A stretch of 64,000 bases of DNA, from the NCBI GenBank assembly GCA_965248925.1, contig CBDFLE010000006.1:3104001-3168000 (forward strand), read 5' to 3'. The position numbers and the translations under genes are program-made. This document shows positions 45,575 through 55,000 of this stretch, piece after piece (within the stretch, counting starts at the first letter, position 1; each line of letters begins with the position of its first letter). A model generated the notes under the pieces. It was not told the origin of the DNA, searched no databases, and saw only the letters and a program-made list of their open reading frames with translations. The stretch comes from Candidatus Multivoradales bacterium (GTDB taxonomy: Bacteria > Acidobacteriota > Thermoanaerobaculia > Multivoradales > J023).

Positions 45575-47356
45575 ATGGTGATACAGACTTGTCTACCCGG
45601 AGTGGCACGCGGTGTGGTGCTGCGCGTCCTACTTTGCTGGTTGCTGGCCTGTGGCTTGGCCGCCGCCGAGTTGGCCGCGGAGACGGTGGCGGTGAAAGTC
45701 GAGGTAACCGGTGTCGAGGGTGAACGCCGGGCCAATGTGCTGGCCCTGTCGAGTTTGGCGCGGCAAGCTGGCCAAGGTGAACTCGAAATCCGCCAAGTCG
45801 AACGCCTTTTCGCGCGCGCTGAGCGGGAGATTGCTGGCGCCTTGGAGCCCTTCGGTCTCTATCGCCCAGAAGTTGATAGTGAGCTGGATCGCGACGCGGC
45901 ACCTTGGCGCGCGATCTACAACATCGATCCTGGTCCGCAGATTGTGGTCGGCGAGTTGCAGTTCGAAATCCTCGGCGCGGCGCGGCAGGACGATCTCTTC
46001 ACCGCTCTCGAAGTGTTTTTCCCCTTGGCCGGGGGCACTGCTTTCAGCCATCCAGAGTGGCAGGCTACCAAGGCGGCGCTGCTGGATCTGGGTGCCGAAC
46101 GGGGCTATTTCGATGCTCGCTTGACCGTGCATCAGGTACGCATCGATCTCGACCGCTACCGCGCCGATCTCGAACTGCGCTACGACAGCGGTCCGCGCTA
46201 TCGCTATGGCGAGGTGCGGATAGAGCAAGACTTCCTCCAACCAGAGTTGATCGAGGCTTATGTTTCGCTCACTCGCGGGGCGCCGGTAGACTTGCTGGAA
46301 CTGCTGCGTTTGCAAGCGCGACTCTCGGGCACCCCCTATTTCCAAGGGGTCGAGGTGCGACCGCTGATCGAGGAAAGGGCCGCGGGTGAAGTGCCGATTG
46401 AGCTTCGCTTGGTGCCACGCCGCCGACTGGGCTATGAAGCGGGCCTGGGCTACGGCACCGATACCGGTCCGCGGGTCACCTTCGCGCTCGACCTGCGGCG
46501 GCTGAATCGCCGCGGCCACCATGCCTTGGTGAGTGGCAAGATCGCGGCAGCCGAGCGCCGGGTCACCGCCAGCTATGTGCTGCCGCGGGTGCGATCTGTT
46601 TCTAGCAACTTGCGTCTGAGCGCTGGCTGGCGCGAATTGGTGCCGAGTTCCAGTGATACCCAGACCTCCTTTCTCACCCTCTCCCGCGACCGTCGCCGCG
46701 GTCGTTGGGGCGAGGTGGTGTCGCTGTCCTATCAGCGTCACCAGTTCACCATCGGCAACGACGACGATGTGACCCGCCTGTTGATTCCGGGGCTGGCTTA
46801 CTCGCGGGTCGAAGCTGATGATCGACGTATCGCGACTCGTGGCTACCGGCTATCCCTGGAACTCGACGGTGCGCTGGCCGGAGGGCCTTCTGACGCTGGC
46901 TTTCTCCGCCTTCGTCTGGGTGGCAAAGTAGTGCGCAAGTTGGCTGAGCGCTGGCGCGTGATCGGGAGGGGTGAAGTGGGTTATTTGGCCGCGGATGATT
47001 TCCGCCTGCTACCGCCGACTGTGCGCTTCTTCACCGGTGGCGACGGCAGCGTGCGTGGTTTTGGCTTCCAAGAAATCGGTGCCCGCGACGAGCTTTCAGA
47101 TCAGCTGCTCGGTGGCAAGGCTCTGACCGTGCTGTCGGCCGAACTCGAATGGCGCTTCTTCGAGACCTGGGGCGCGGCGGTGTTTCTCGATGCTGGCAAT
47201 GCCAGCGATAGTTTTGGCGACCGGCTAGAACGCGGTGCGGGTCTCGGGGCTCGTTGGTATCTGCCGATCGGCTTGTTGCGGATCGACGCTGCTTGGGCAC
47301 TGAGCCGCGACAGTCGGCCGCTGCGCTTGCACCTCGGTGTGGGGTTCGACCTGTGA
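45575..47356 (+). CDS. tamA: Translocation and assembly module TamA (Omp85 family)
   Basis: POTRA domains, GYGTDTGPR, RFFTGGDGSVRGF, C-terminal GFDL. Confidence 0.9.
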   Translation: MVIQTCLPGVARGVVLRVLLCWLLACGLAAAELAAETVAVKVEVTGVEGERRANVLALSSLARQAGQGELEIRQVERLFARAEREIAGALEPFGLYRPEVDSELDRDAAPWRAIYNIDPGPQIVVGELQFEILGAARQDDLFTALEVFFPLAGGTAFSHPEWQATKAALLDLGAERGYFDARLTVHQVRIDLDRYRADLELRYDSGPRYRYGEVRIEQDFLQPELIEAYVSLTRGAPVDLLELLRLQARLSGTPYFQGVEVRPLIEERAAGEVPIELRLVPRRRLGYEAGLGYGTDTGPRVTFALDLRRLNRRGHHALVSGKIAAAERRVTASYVLPRVRSVSSNLRLSAGWRELVPSSSDTQTSFLTLSRDRRRGRWGEVVSLSYQRHQFTIGNDDDVTRLLIPGLAYSRVEADDRRIATRGYRLSLELDGALAGGPSDAGFLRLRLGGKVVRKLAERWRVIGRGEVGYLAADDFRLLPPTVRFFTGGDGSVRGFGFQEIGARDELSDQLLGGKALTVLSAELEWRFFETWGAAVFLDAGNASDSFGDRLERGAGLGARWYLPIGLLRIDAAWALSRDSRPLRLHLGVGFDL

Positions 47357-50300
47357 GCCGGTGGCGAAGTGGAAAGTGGGTGCGGGTGCTGGCGGTCTTG
47401 TTGTTGCTCTTGGGTCTGGCACTTTTTTGGCTCAGTGCTACTGCGAGTGGCGCCGGTGTGTTGTTGGGATGGGTTGGGCGCCTGGCTCCCGGCGAGCTGC
47501 ATTTCGCTTCCCAGACCGGTGCCCTGGCTGATCTAAAAATCTCCGGCTTGCGCTACCACGATGCCGCTGGCCTCAGCGTGAGGTGCGCTGAGTTCGAGCT
47601 GTCCTGGCATCCCTGGGCCCTGCTGCGCGGCCGTTTGCAGATCGAGCGTCTGCTCGCCCGCCAGGTCGAGGTGCGTCTACCGCCGAGCACGGGTGAGCCG
47701 TCATCCCCGCCGCCGAGCTGGTCCCTACCGATGGCCGTAGAGGTGGACTCGGCCCTGATTCAGCAGCTTGAAGTGGTTCCGGCGGAGGGTGAGTCGAGTG
47801 TTGTAGATGAACTGGAGTTCGCTCTGGCGGGCCGTGACGAGCAGTTGCAGGTCGACACTTTGCGGTTGCTGGCGGCGGGAGTCGAGGCCGAGCTACAGGG
47901 GGAGCTGCACGCCCAACAGGTCGACTTCGAGGTGGCTTGGACCGTCTTTGTCGAGGGGGGTCCCAAGCTCAGTGGCGGCGGCCGAATCGAGGGTGACCCG
48001 GTCCGGCTGAAGATCACTCAGCAGCTCACCTCACAGCCGGGTTTGCGGCTCGCGGCGCAAATCGAAGATGCCTTCGACACGGCAGCCTTGGTCGGAGCGC
48101 TGCGCTTCGATCACTTCGACCCGTCTTTGACCGACCCTGCTTGGCCGGCGGCTGTAGTGACCGGCGAGTTACGTTTGGCCGGCAGCGTCTCCGCCCCGCG
48201 GCTGGAATTGGCACTCGACGGCAATCTGGCGCAGGCCGAGCCTTGGCGTCTTTCCGGCGGGGTGGCGTTGGCGGCGGACGGTTGGCGGTTGAGTCAGATC
48301 GAAATGCAGCAGCTCGGCGGCGCTGGCTGGCTCCGGGCCGACGGGTCGCTACGGCCGGCCGGCTCAACGATGGCGATCGACTTGGCCTTGGATTGGCGGC
48401 AGCTGTCGACCTCGCTGGCCGAGGGTCGCCAGCTGCTCAGTCCTCACGGCAGTGGCCGCCTCGCTGGAACCCTGGCGGACTACCGGCTCGAGGTGCTGGC
48501 CGATCTGCGCCTGGCGGAAGTCGAACTGGCGGATTGGCGGCTGGCGGCGACGGGTGATGCCGACCGTCTCTTGATTGAGGAGTTGGGAGGTGGCATCGGC
48601 GGCGGCGAGCTGCGAGTTCAAGGTGAAGTGGCTTGGCAGCCGCGGCTCAGCTGGCGCCTGGGGATGGTGGCCACGGCCCTCGATACCGAAGTGCTTGGGC
48701 CGCAATGGCCAGGGGCGGCCGATCTGCGGGCAGAAGTTGCGGGCTATGTCGATCCAACCGGCGGCCCGGCGCGGGGCACCCTCGATCTTGAGCACCTCGG
48801 TGGCAATTTGCGCGGTGAGAGCCTTGGTGGTGCTGGACGGCTGTTATTCGATGGTGCCGCCCTGGTCGCCGAAGAGCTGAGTTTGTCCTGGGGCGCGGCG
48901 CGGCTGGAACTTAGCGGTCAACTCAGCGCGGGCCTGGACCTTGAGTTCGAGCTAGAGGCGCCAGATCTAGCACCTCTTTGGCCCGACACGGCCGGCGCAT
49001 TGCAGGCCAGCGGCCGGCTTTCGGGCGCCTGGCCGCGCCCTCAGGTCGAGATCGAAGCACGCGCTTCCGGTCTGCGTTGGAGTGACTATTCGCTGGCCCG
49101 ATTCGACCTGTCCGCCAGCCTCCAACCAGGAGCCGAAGGGGTGACAGAGGGCCGTCTACTGCTCCACGATTTGCGGCTCCGCGAGCTACAGCTCGAGGAG
49201 GCCGACATGACCCTCAGCGGTAGCTATGCCGCCCACCAGCTCGCGGGCTTGCTGCGGCTGCCGCTGGGCGATCTGCGTTGGCGTGCCGTGGGTGGTTTTG
49301 AGACTCACTGGCAGGGGCGCTTCGAAGCGCTCGATGCTGAGTTTGGCGACTATGGTAGCTGGCGACTCGCGGCACCCGCCGAGTTGGTGCTGGCGGCCGA
49401 ACAGAGTTCGTTGGCGCCGGCTTGCTGGCACTCCTCAGCCGGCAAAGTCTGTCTGCGGGGTAGCTCGGTGGCGACGGGGTGGCAAGCTTCGTTGCAACTC
49501 GAGGCGCTGGATCTCAGATTGCTTTCGAACCACTTGCCGGCCGGGTTGAGAGTCAAGGGCCATTTTGACGGTGAGGCCGAAGCCAGTTCAGCCGCGGCGG
49601 GCGGTTGGTTGGGAAGCGCGCGGCTAGTGCCGTCACCAGGAGGCTTCGAGTATCGCCGCCTAGGCCAAGAGACGGTGCGTTTCGACTACGCCGGAGGCGA
49701 GCTGCGGCTCGGGCTAGAGGACGGCTGGCTGCGGGCGACCGCCGATCTTTCTTTTGCCGGCGACGACTACCTGCGGGGCCGCTTCGCCATGCCTTGGGAG
49801 CAGGCCGACGCCGAGATCGAGGGTGATCTCGAAGCCCGCTTGTCGACCCTTGAGCTGGTGCCCGTGTTGATTCCGCAGCTGGGCAATGCGGCGGGCCGCT
49901 TGCGGATCGAATCGCAGCTGGCTGGTACTTGGTCGGCGCCGCGGGTAGCTGGTTTGCTGACTCTGGAAGAGGGGCGCTTCGCTCTGCCCGACTTCGGAAT
50001 TGAGCCCCGCGATGTCCATTTACGCCTGCGCAGTGAGACCGGTGATAGGTGGTTAATCTCGGGTGCCGGTACAAGCGGCGGCGGACAGCTGAATGTCGCC
50101 GGCGAGGCGGCGGCCGATTTCTCCAGCTTCAGCCTGCGGCTGACCGGCACCGACTTTCTGCTCAGTGACACCGCCGAGTTGCGGGCCGAGGTCTCGCCCC
50201 GTCTTGACCTTCAGTTCAGCGCTAGGGAGCTGACCTTCTCTGGCCAGGTCGAGGTGCCCCGAGCCCATCTCGATCTCGGTCGACAGCAGAGCGTGGTCGA

Positions 50301-51060
50301 GGTTGCGGACGATGTGGTGGTGCTCGGAGGTGAGGACGAGATAGCCGGCCTACCGTTGGCCGGGCGCCTGCGAGTGATTTTCGGCGACGCGGTGACGGTC
50401 GTCGGCTATGGCGCCGATCTACGCGCCACCGGCACCCTGGAGATTGACGAAAGTCCAGTCACCGCCACCACGGCGGTCGGCGAATTGGCCATCGAAGAAG
50501 GGACCTACAAGATCTATGGTCAGACATTGAAATTGGCCGACAGCCGACTGACCTTCACCGGGGGTCCGATCAGCAGACCGGGGCTCGATTTGCGAGCTGT
50601 TCGCGAGGCCAAAGACGGCACCGTCGCCGTGCTCACCGCGCAAGGGTCGGCGGCGGCGCCAGAGGTCAAGATCACCACCGAGCCGCCGACCTCACCCAGC
50701 GATTCCCTGGCTTACCTGGTATTGGGGCGTCCGCTGACCTCGGCCCGTGGCGCCGACAATGACTTGGTCGAGCAGGCGGCTGCCTCGCTGGGTCTTGGTC
50801 TGGGTGGCTTGGCGGCGGGCAAGCTGGCACGGCGGCTGGGTTTCGACGACGCCGAGATCGAGAGCCGGGGCACGGTGGAAGATTCCACCTTCTTCGTCGG
50901 CAAGTACCTCTCCCCGCGGCTTTATCTGGCCTATGGAGTGGGGATATTTAGGCCGATCGGTGTTTTCAGGGCTCGCTACTTGGTGGATCGCCATTGGACC
51001 TTGCAAGCCGAGAGTGGCGAGGAGAACGGCGTCGATGTGCTCTATCGGGTCGATCGCTAG
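47353..51060 (+). CDS. tamB: Translocation and assembly module TamB
   Basis: N-terminal TM, long beta-rich body, LAYLVLGR, VGKYLSPRLY..YG; coupled to tamA. Confidence 0.9.
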   Translation: MSRWRSGKWVRVLAVLLLLLGLALFWLSATASGAGVLLGWVGRLAPGELHFASQTGALADLKISGLRYHDAAGLSVRCAEFELSWHPWALLRGRLQIERLLARQVEVRLPPSTGEPSSPPPSWSLPMAVEVDSALIQQLEVVPAEGESSVVDELEFALAGRDEQLQVDTLRLLAAGVEAELQGELHAQQVDFEVAWTVFVEGGPKLSGGGRIEGDPVRLKITQQLTSQPGLRLAAQIEDAFDTAALVGALRFDHFDPSLTDPAWPAAVVTGELRLAGSVSAPRLELALDGNLAQAEPWRLSGGVALAADGWRLSQIEMQQLGGAGWLRADGSLRPAGSTMAIDLALDWRQLSTSLAEGRQLLSPHGSGRLAGTLADYRLEVLADLRLAEVELADWRLAATGDADRLLIEELGGGIGGGELRVQGEVAWQPRLSWRLGMVATALDTEVLGPQWPGAADLRAEVAGYVDPTGGPARGTLDLEHLGGNLRGESLGGAGRLLFDGAALVAEELSLSWGAARLELSGQLSAGLDLEFELEAPDLAPLWPDTAGALQASGRLSGAWPRPQVEIEARASGLRWSDYSLARFDLSASLQPGAEGVTEGRLLLHDLRLRELQLEEADMTLSGSYAAHQLAGLLRLPLGDLRWRAVGGFETHWQGRFEALDAEFGDYGSWRLAAPAELVLAAEQSSLAPACWHSSAGKVCLRGSSVATGWQASLQLEALDLRLLSNHLPAGLRVKGHFDGEAEASSAAAGGWLGSARLVPSPGGFEYRRLGQETVRFDYAGGELRLGLEDGWLRATADLSFAGDDYLRGRFAMPWEQADAEIEGDLEARLSTLELVPVLIPQLGNAAGRLRIESQLAGTWSAPRVAGLLTLEEGRFALPDFGIEPRDVHLRLRSETGDRWLISGAGTSGGGQLNVAGEAAADFSSFSLRLTGTDFLLSDTAELRAEVSPRLDLQFSARELTFSGQVEVPRAHLDLGRQQSVVEVADDVVVLGGEDEIAGLPLAGRLRVIFGDAVTVVGYGADLRATGTLEIDESPVTATTAVGELAIEEGTYKIYGQTLKLADSRLTFTGGPISRPGLDLRAVREAKDGTVAVLTAQGSAAAPEVKITTEPPTSPSDSLAYLVLGRPLTSARGADNDLVEQAAASLGLGLGGLAAGKLARRLGFDDAEIESRGTVEDSTFFVGKYLSPRLYLAYGVGIFRPIGVFRARYLVDRHWTLQAESGEENGVDVLYRVDR

Positions 51061-51332
51061 CCGGCCGCGACCAGACCTCCGAGCCAGCCATGTGGTTTCC
51101 CGAGCCGCGGGAAAAGTAGTAGGTGCCGTTAGGCTGCACGTTCGAATCGCCGCTTCCCGAGGGACTCCCTGAGCATAAGTCGCAGCCGGTGTAGGGAGCC
51201 AAAGCAGCCCTCAAAGCCATTGACCAGCTCGATCCGAACCGGGCTCGCGAGAGCGACAATCTGCAAACAGAAGCTCGGCGAGTGCTGGTTCTAGGTCGAA
51301 CAGTCCGGCGGTGAGTGAGCCTGCCCTGGCGG

Positions 51333-52085
51333 CTATCGGCCTCGCGACCCCGAAGAGGGTGGCACCTTTCTCCGAAATCTCCGAGGGGCTACATGGGACC
51401 GCGCAAGGCGGTGTCGGATCCGGCGGACAGGAAATCGGGAGCCTTGCAGAGTTTGGATCACCATCAAACAGGCCGAGGCCAGGCGGCGTGGCTGATGGCC
51501 TCCGGCGGGAAGCAGTAGCCTCGGTAGCTGGGAGCGGGCTCGTTCATGGGGATACTCTGGCCTGCTCGGGCCGAAGTTAACAGTACCGGCCCCGAAGTGA
51601 GTGGCACCTGTTTCGACCCCGAAGAGGGGGGGGGGGGGCAATTTCTGGCGACTTTCCGGACTAAAATTGGCAACGCCAGCGGTTACAAAATACTCGACCC
51701 AGGTGACTTGAAAGATCTTTATATCAAGCACAACATCCCTTTCCAACGCACTGTTTACCAGGCCGATCAGCTCATTTTGAAGAAGACCCACCTGGTCTTC
51801 CATGAATATCTCAAACCCTAACTTTTCAGCCTCGCTTGTTATCAAACTCGCTAGCATCGTCATCTCTTCCTCAGAAATAGCTAGCAAATCTTTCTTTTTT
51901 CCGCTTAAGGACGCCAGAAATGTAACATCCATGAGGGAAGCCATGTTGATCCGCAACTTCGAATTCGAGACAAGGATAGAATGAGAACCTTCACTGCTCG
52001 CGTTCTTCATGTCAGGCCGAACTGAGGCAGAGCCATTGCACCCACACAGGATGCAAGCACTGAGAAATATTCGCAGTAGTTTCAT
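51333..52085 (-). CDS. Putative lipoprotein immunity protein of the RHS toxin; 3' end runs into repeats/IS scar
   Basis: TGATG overlap with toxin stop; MKLLRIFLSACILCGC lipobox; AT-rich until about 51650. Confidence 0.6.
   Translation of the reverse strand: MKLLRIFLSACILCGCNGSASVRPDMKNASSEGSHSILVSNSKLRINMASLMDVTFLASLSGKKKDLLAISEEEMTMLASLITSEAEKLGFEIFMEDQVGLLQNELIGLVNSALERDVVLDIKIFQVTWVEYFVTAGVANFSPESRQKLPPPPLFGVETGATHFGAGTVNFGPSRPEYPHERARSQLPRLLLPAGGHQPRRLASACLMVIQTLQGSRFPVRRIRHRLARSHVAPRRFRRKVPPSSGSRGR
51346..51645. repeat. Three degenerate 25-31 bp repeats (REP-like) flanking the IS6 remnant
   Basis: GACCCCGAAGAGGGTGGCACCTTTC (51346-51370), GGCCCCGAAGTGAGTGGCACCTGTTTC (51588-51614), GACCCCGAAGAG13CAATTTC (51615-51645). 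Confidence 0.6.
51464..51587 (-). mobile_element. IS6-family left-end remnant (IR + transposase N-terminus)
   Basis: GGTACTGTTAACTT at 51587-51574 resembles IS6 GGYWCTGT IR; ATG 51547 gives MNEPAPSYRGYCFPPEAISHAAW, like IS6 YRG.RFP.EII..AVW; truncated. Confidence 0.7.
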
Positions 52086-55000
52086 CAGTAGGGGGAGTCT
52101 CCAAATGATCCCGGGAGCAGCCTCTTCAAACAGTCCGAACCAACTCCATATGCGTCGCACTCCAAGATATTGGCAATCTGCGTTACCGACATTCCTTCGC
52201 GGAAGAGGCGCTGGATACGCGGTTCCCTTAGCTGCTTCTGATGCTTTCGTTCATGTTGACAAACACAGTAGTCAACACAGTCGTCACCAGAGGGGGCAAA
52301 TTTTGGACCCCCAACAGCGTTTCCAGCTTGGCGAATATTACCGTCCCTCTTCTGTTGCTCAATCCATGGTGGTCGAATTGACTCATTTCTGAACTTGCAA
52401 AATTGCTGACCAACTCGGCGAGATAACTGTAGTGCGCCAGATATCTGCGACGGATCACATGGGGTAGCGCAAGGCGGGGAAGCATCAGGTGGACAGGGAA
52501 TCAGGCCCCGGTTTGCCAGCGGATCACCAATAAATAGACCGAGGCCATCAGTGAGACTAAGCGGACGTCCATTGGCATACCAAAACCCATTGGCTTCGGA
52601 GTTACGACGGATGCCCAAGGGATCCAGCCGCGAGTACCTACCTCCAGTCGGCAGGTACCAGCGATGCACGTTGTGGAATGACGTGGTGCCAACGTCCCAA
52701 GCCGTATCCTGCCACTGCCCAGGGAACCGTAGAAATACTCCTTGATCTCCCGCGCCGGAGTAATCATTGCCGAAAGGCTCGAATCCCCCATCCTAAACAA
52801 CCATTGCGGCGGCATCTGAGGCTAAGACGGGAGTTCTGAGATGGTCAGTGGTGAGGTGGGTCGTACCCGTGTCGCTGATCTGCGCTACAGGCTGTCCGCT
52901 AAAGTAGAAGACGCCGCTTACAACGCCATCGGCGACCCGCTGTTGCAACATTCCCTCCGAGCTGTAGATGGCCGTCGTCTTGGTAGTTGAAAGGCAGGAA
53001 TCGGAACCCGGCTGTCCCCATGCAGATGTGTCGCCGGTCTCAAAGCCATCGCAGAAGAGCGCACCGCCAGAAGTGTCCGGTTTGAGGCCGGTAGCTCGGC
53101 GTAGGAAACTCCTCCCATCGTAGACCAGCTCTGAGTTGGCCTGAGCTGCCGGATGTTCGATCCTCGACAAGCGACCCGCAGCGTCGAAAGTGTAGGTCAC
53201 AGGATCGTCGTTATGGCTGACACCTACCTGGTTACCAGCCGTGTCAAAGTCATAGACACTGGCACCACCAGCCCCTAGCGCTACTTGGTCGAGTTTCGCT
53301 GTATTGCCAGTGCCAGCAGCGTTACTGAAGTACTGAGAGGTGTCGATCACACCATCACGGTTTTCGCTGAGGCGGTTCCCGATCTTGTCATAGGTCCACG
53401 CCAGCATACCCCAAGGGCCATCGCCCTGAGTTAGAGAGTATTGGTAGTCCTGGTAGGCATAGGTGCGGTTGCTCAACGGATCGAGCAGGTCGTTGATCGC
53501 TCTTATGTTGCCGACTCCGTCGGTGGTGTATTCCCAGTCGAGCAGCGTTCCGCCGGGACCGACGCCTGTAGTGCGATCAGGCTGGTAGCGGCTGTCATGT
53601 TGCCGGGTTTCGGTGACGCCGTTGCTGCGGGTCAGCTGCCGTAGCGGGCCAGTTGGTGAGTACAGAGCTCCCGTGACGACCGACTGGACTCCTTGGCCTG
53701 GCACGTCGGCATCGAGCGTCAGTTGACGGTCCGCGTGATCAAATGTGTAAATTGCCCTCACACCTCCAGGATACAGGATCTCGCGCTTGTTGCCATTGGC
53801 GTCGAAAGCGTAGGCCAGGACCCCGTCCTGGATCAGGCGGCCGAAGCGGTCGTACTGGCTGTCGATTGGCACATCGTCCCTATCGATTTGGGTAAGCCGG
53901 CCAAGACTGAAGGGCACTAGGGGATCGTCGTAGCGGTACGTCACGTCGAGGCTGTCGTCCGGGTAGCTCACAAGCGTAACCCGGGTTACTGAGGATCGGT
54001 GATCTTGCACGTCGTAGCCGAAAGTCGTCACGGCCAGCCCTCCAGCCGCACCACCGAAGGGCTGACTGACGGTAACTATTCGGTCGAGTTCGTCGTAGGA
54101 GTAGCTTGTGGTGGGGGTTGCTGTCTGGCCAGCGGACGGGTGGTTGGCGCCCCAGAGGCGTTCGATGTCGCCATCGCAATTGTAGGAATACTCGGTGATC
54201 GCCTGCTCGGGGCTGCCAGCACCTTCGATCATCTGGTCGAGATGGCAGCGGGTCGAGTAGACGTAGTCGGTAATCGACTCACTCGTCCAACTCGCGGCGT
54301 CCCAACTTTGCAGCTCTTCGCGGACCCGGTGACCGAAGCCATCGAGGGTGTAGAAGGTGCGCTCGACGTGGCTGCCCGGCAGGTCGTCTGGTTTGCGCTC
54401 GATGGACACCAATCGGCCTGTGGGATCGTAGCCATACTCCAGCACGTTGCCGCGCGGCAGTACGGTTTGGAAGAGGTCGCCAAAGACCGTGTAGCGCTGC
54501 TCGGTGATCAAATCCTCGGCCGGTACCGCACCTTTCTGGAGGCTGAACAGAACGCGATTGAGCGGGTCGTACTGCGTTTCGCTGGCTACGCCGTTGGGGT
54601 CGGTGACTGAAGTTCGGCGGTTGAATGGGTCATAGCCGAACAGGGTGCTGCCGATCAGCGGATCGGTGCGGCTGGCCAGCACCAGGCCGCCACGGGCAGC
54701 GTCCCAGGCGCTGGTGGTGACATCGGCGGTGCCATAGCCGGGTTGATCGCGATCTTCTGGCTGGCCCTCGGCGGTGTAGGTGGTCGTGGTGGTGTAGCTG
54801 AAGGCTTGGCCGTCTTCTACCCCTTCGTCGATGCGGTCGGTGGCGTTGCCTCGGCCACTGAGGGTGAAGGTGGTACGGCGGAAATCGAGAGGGCTGCCAG
54901 TGGTCGAGGGACGCTCGATCTCGGTGATCAGCGCCGGGTAGGTGAGGTCGCGCTGCCAAGTGGTCTCGCGCTCCTCCGCCGTGCCCAGAGCTTCGACACG

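Noticed and set aside
30755-52795. Genome-wide TAG reassignment
   Set aside because: Many clear genes end in TAG (xdhC, mrcB, uvrA, tamB) and prfA is intact
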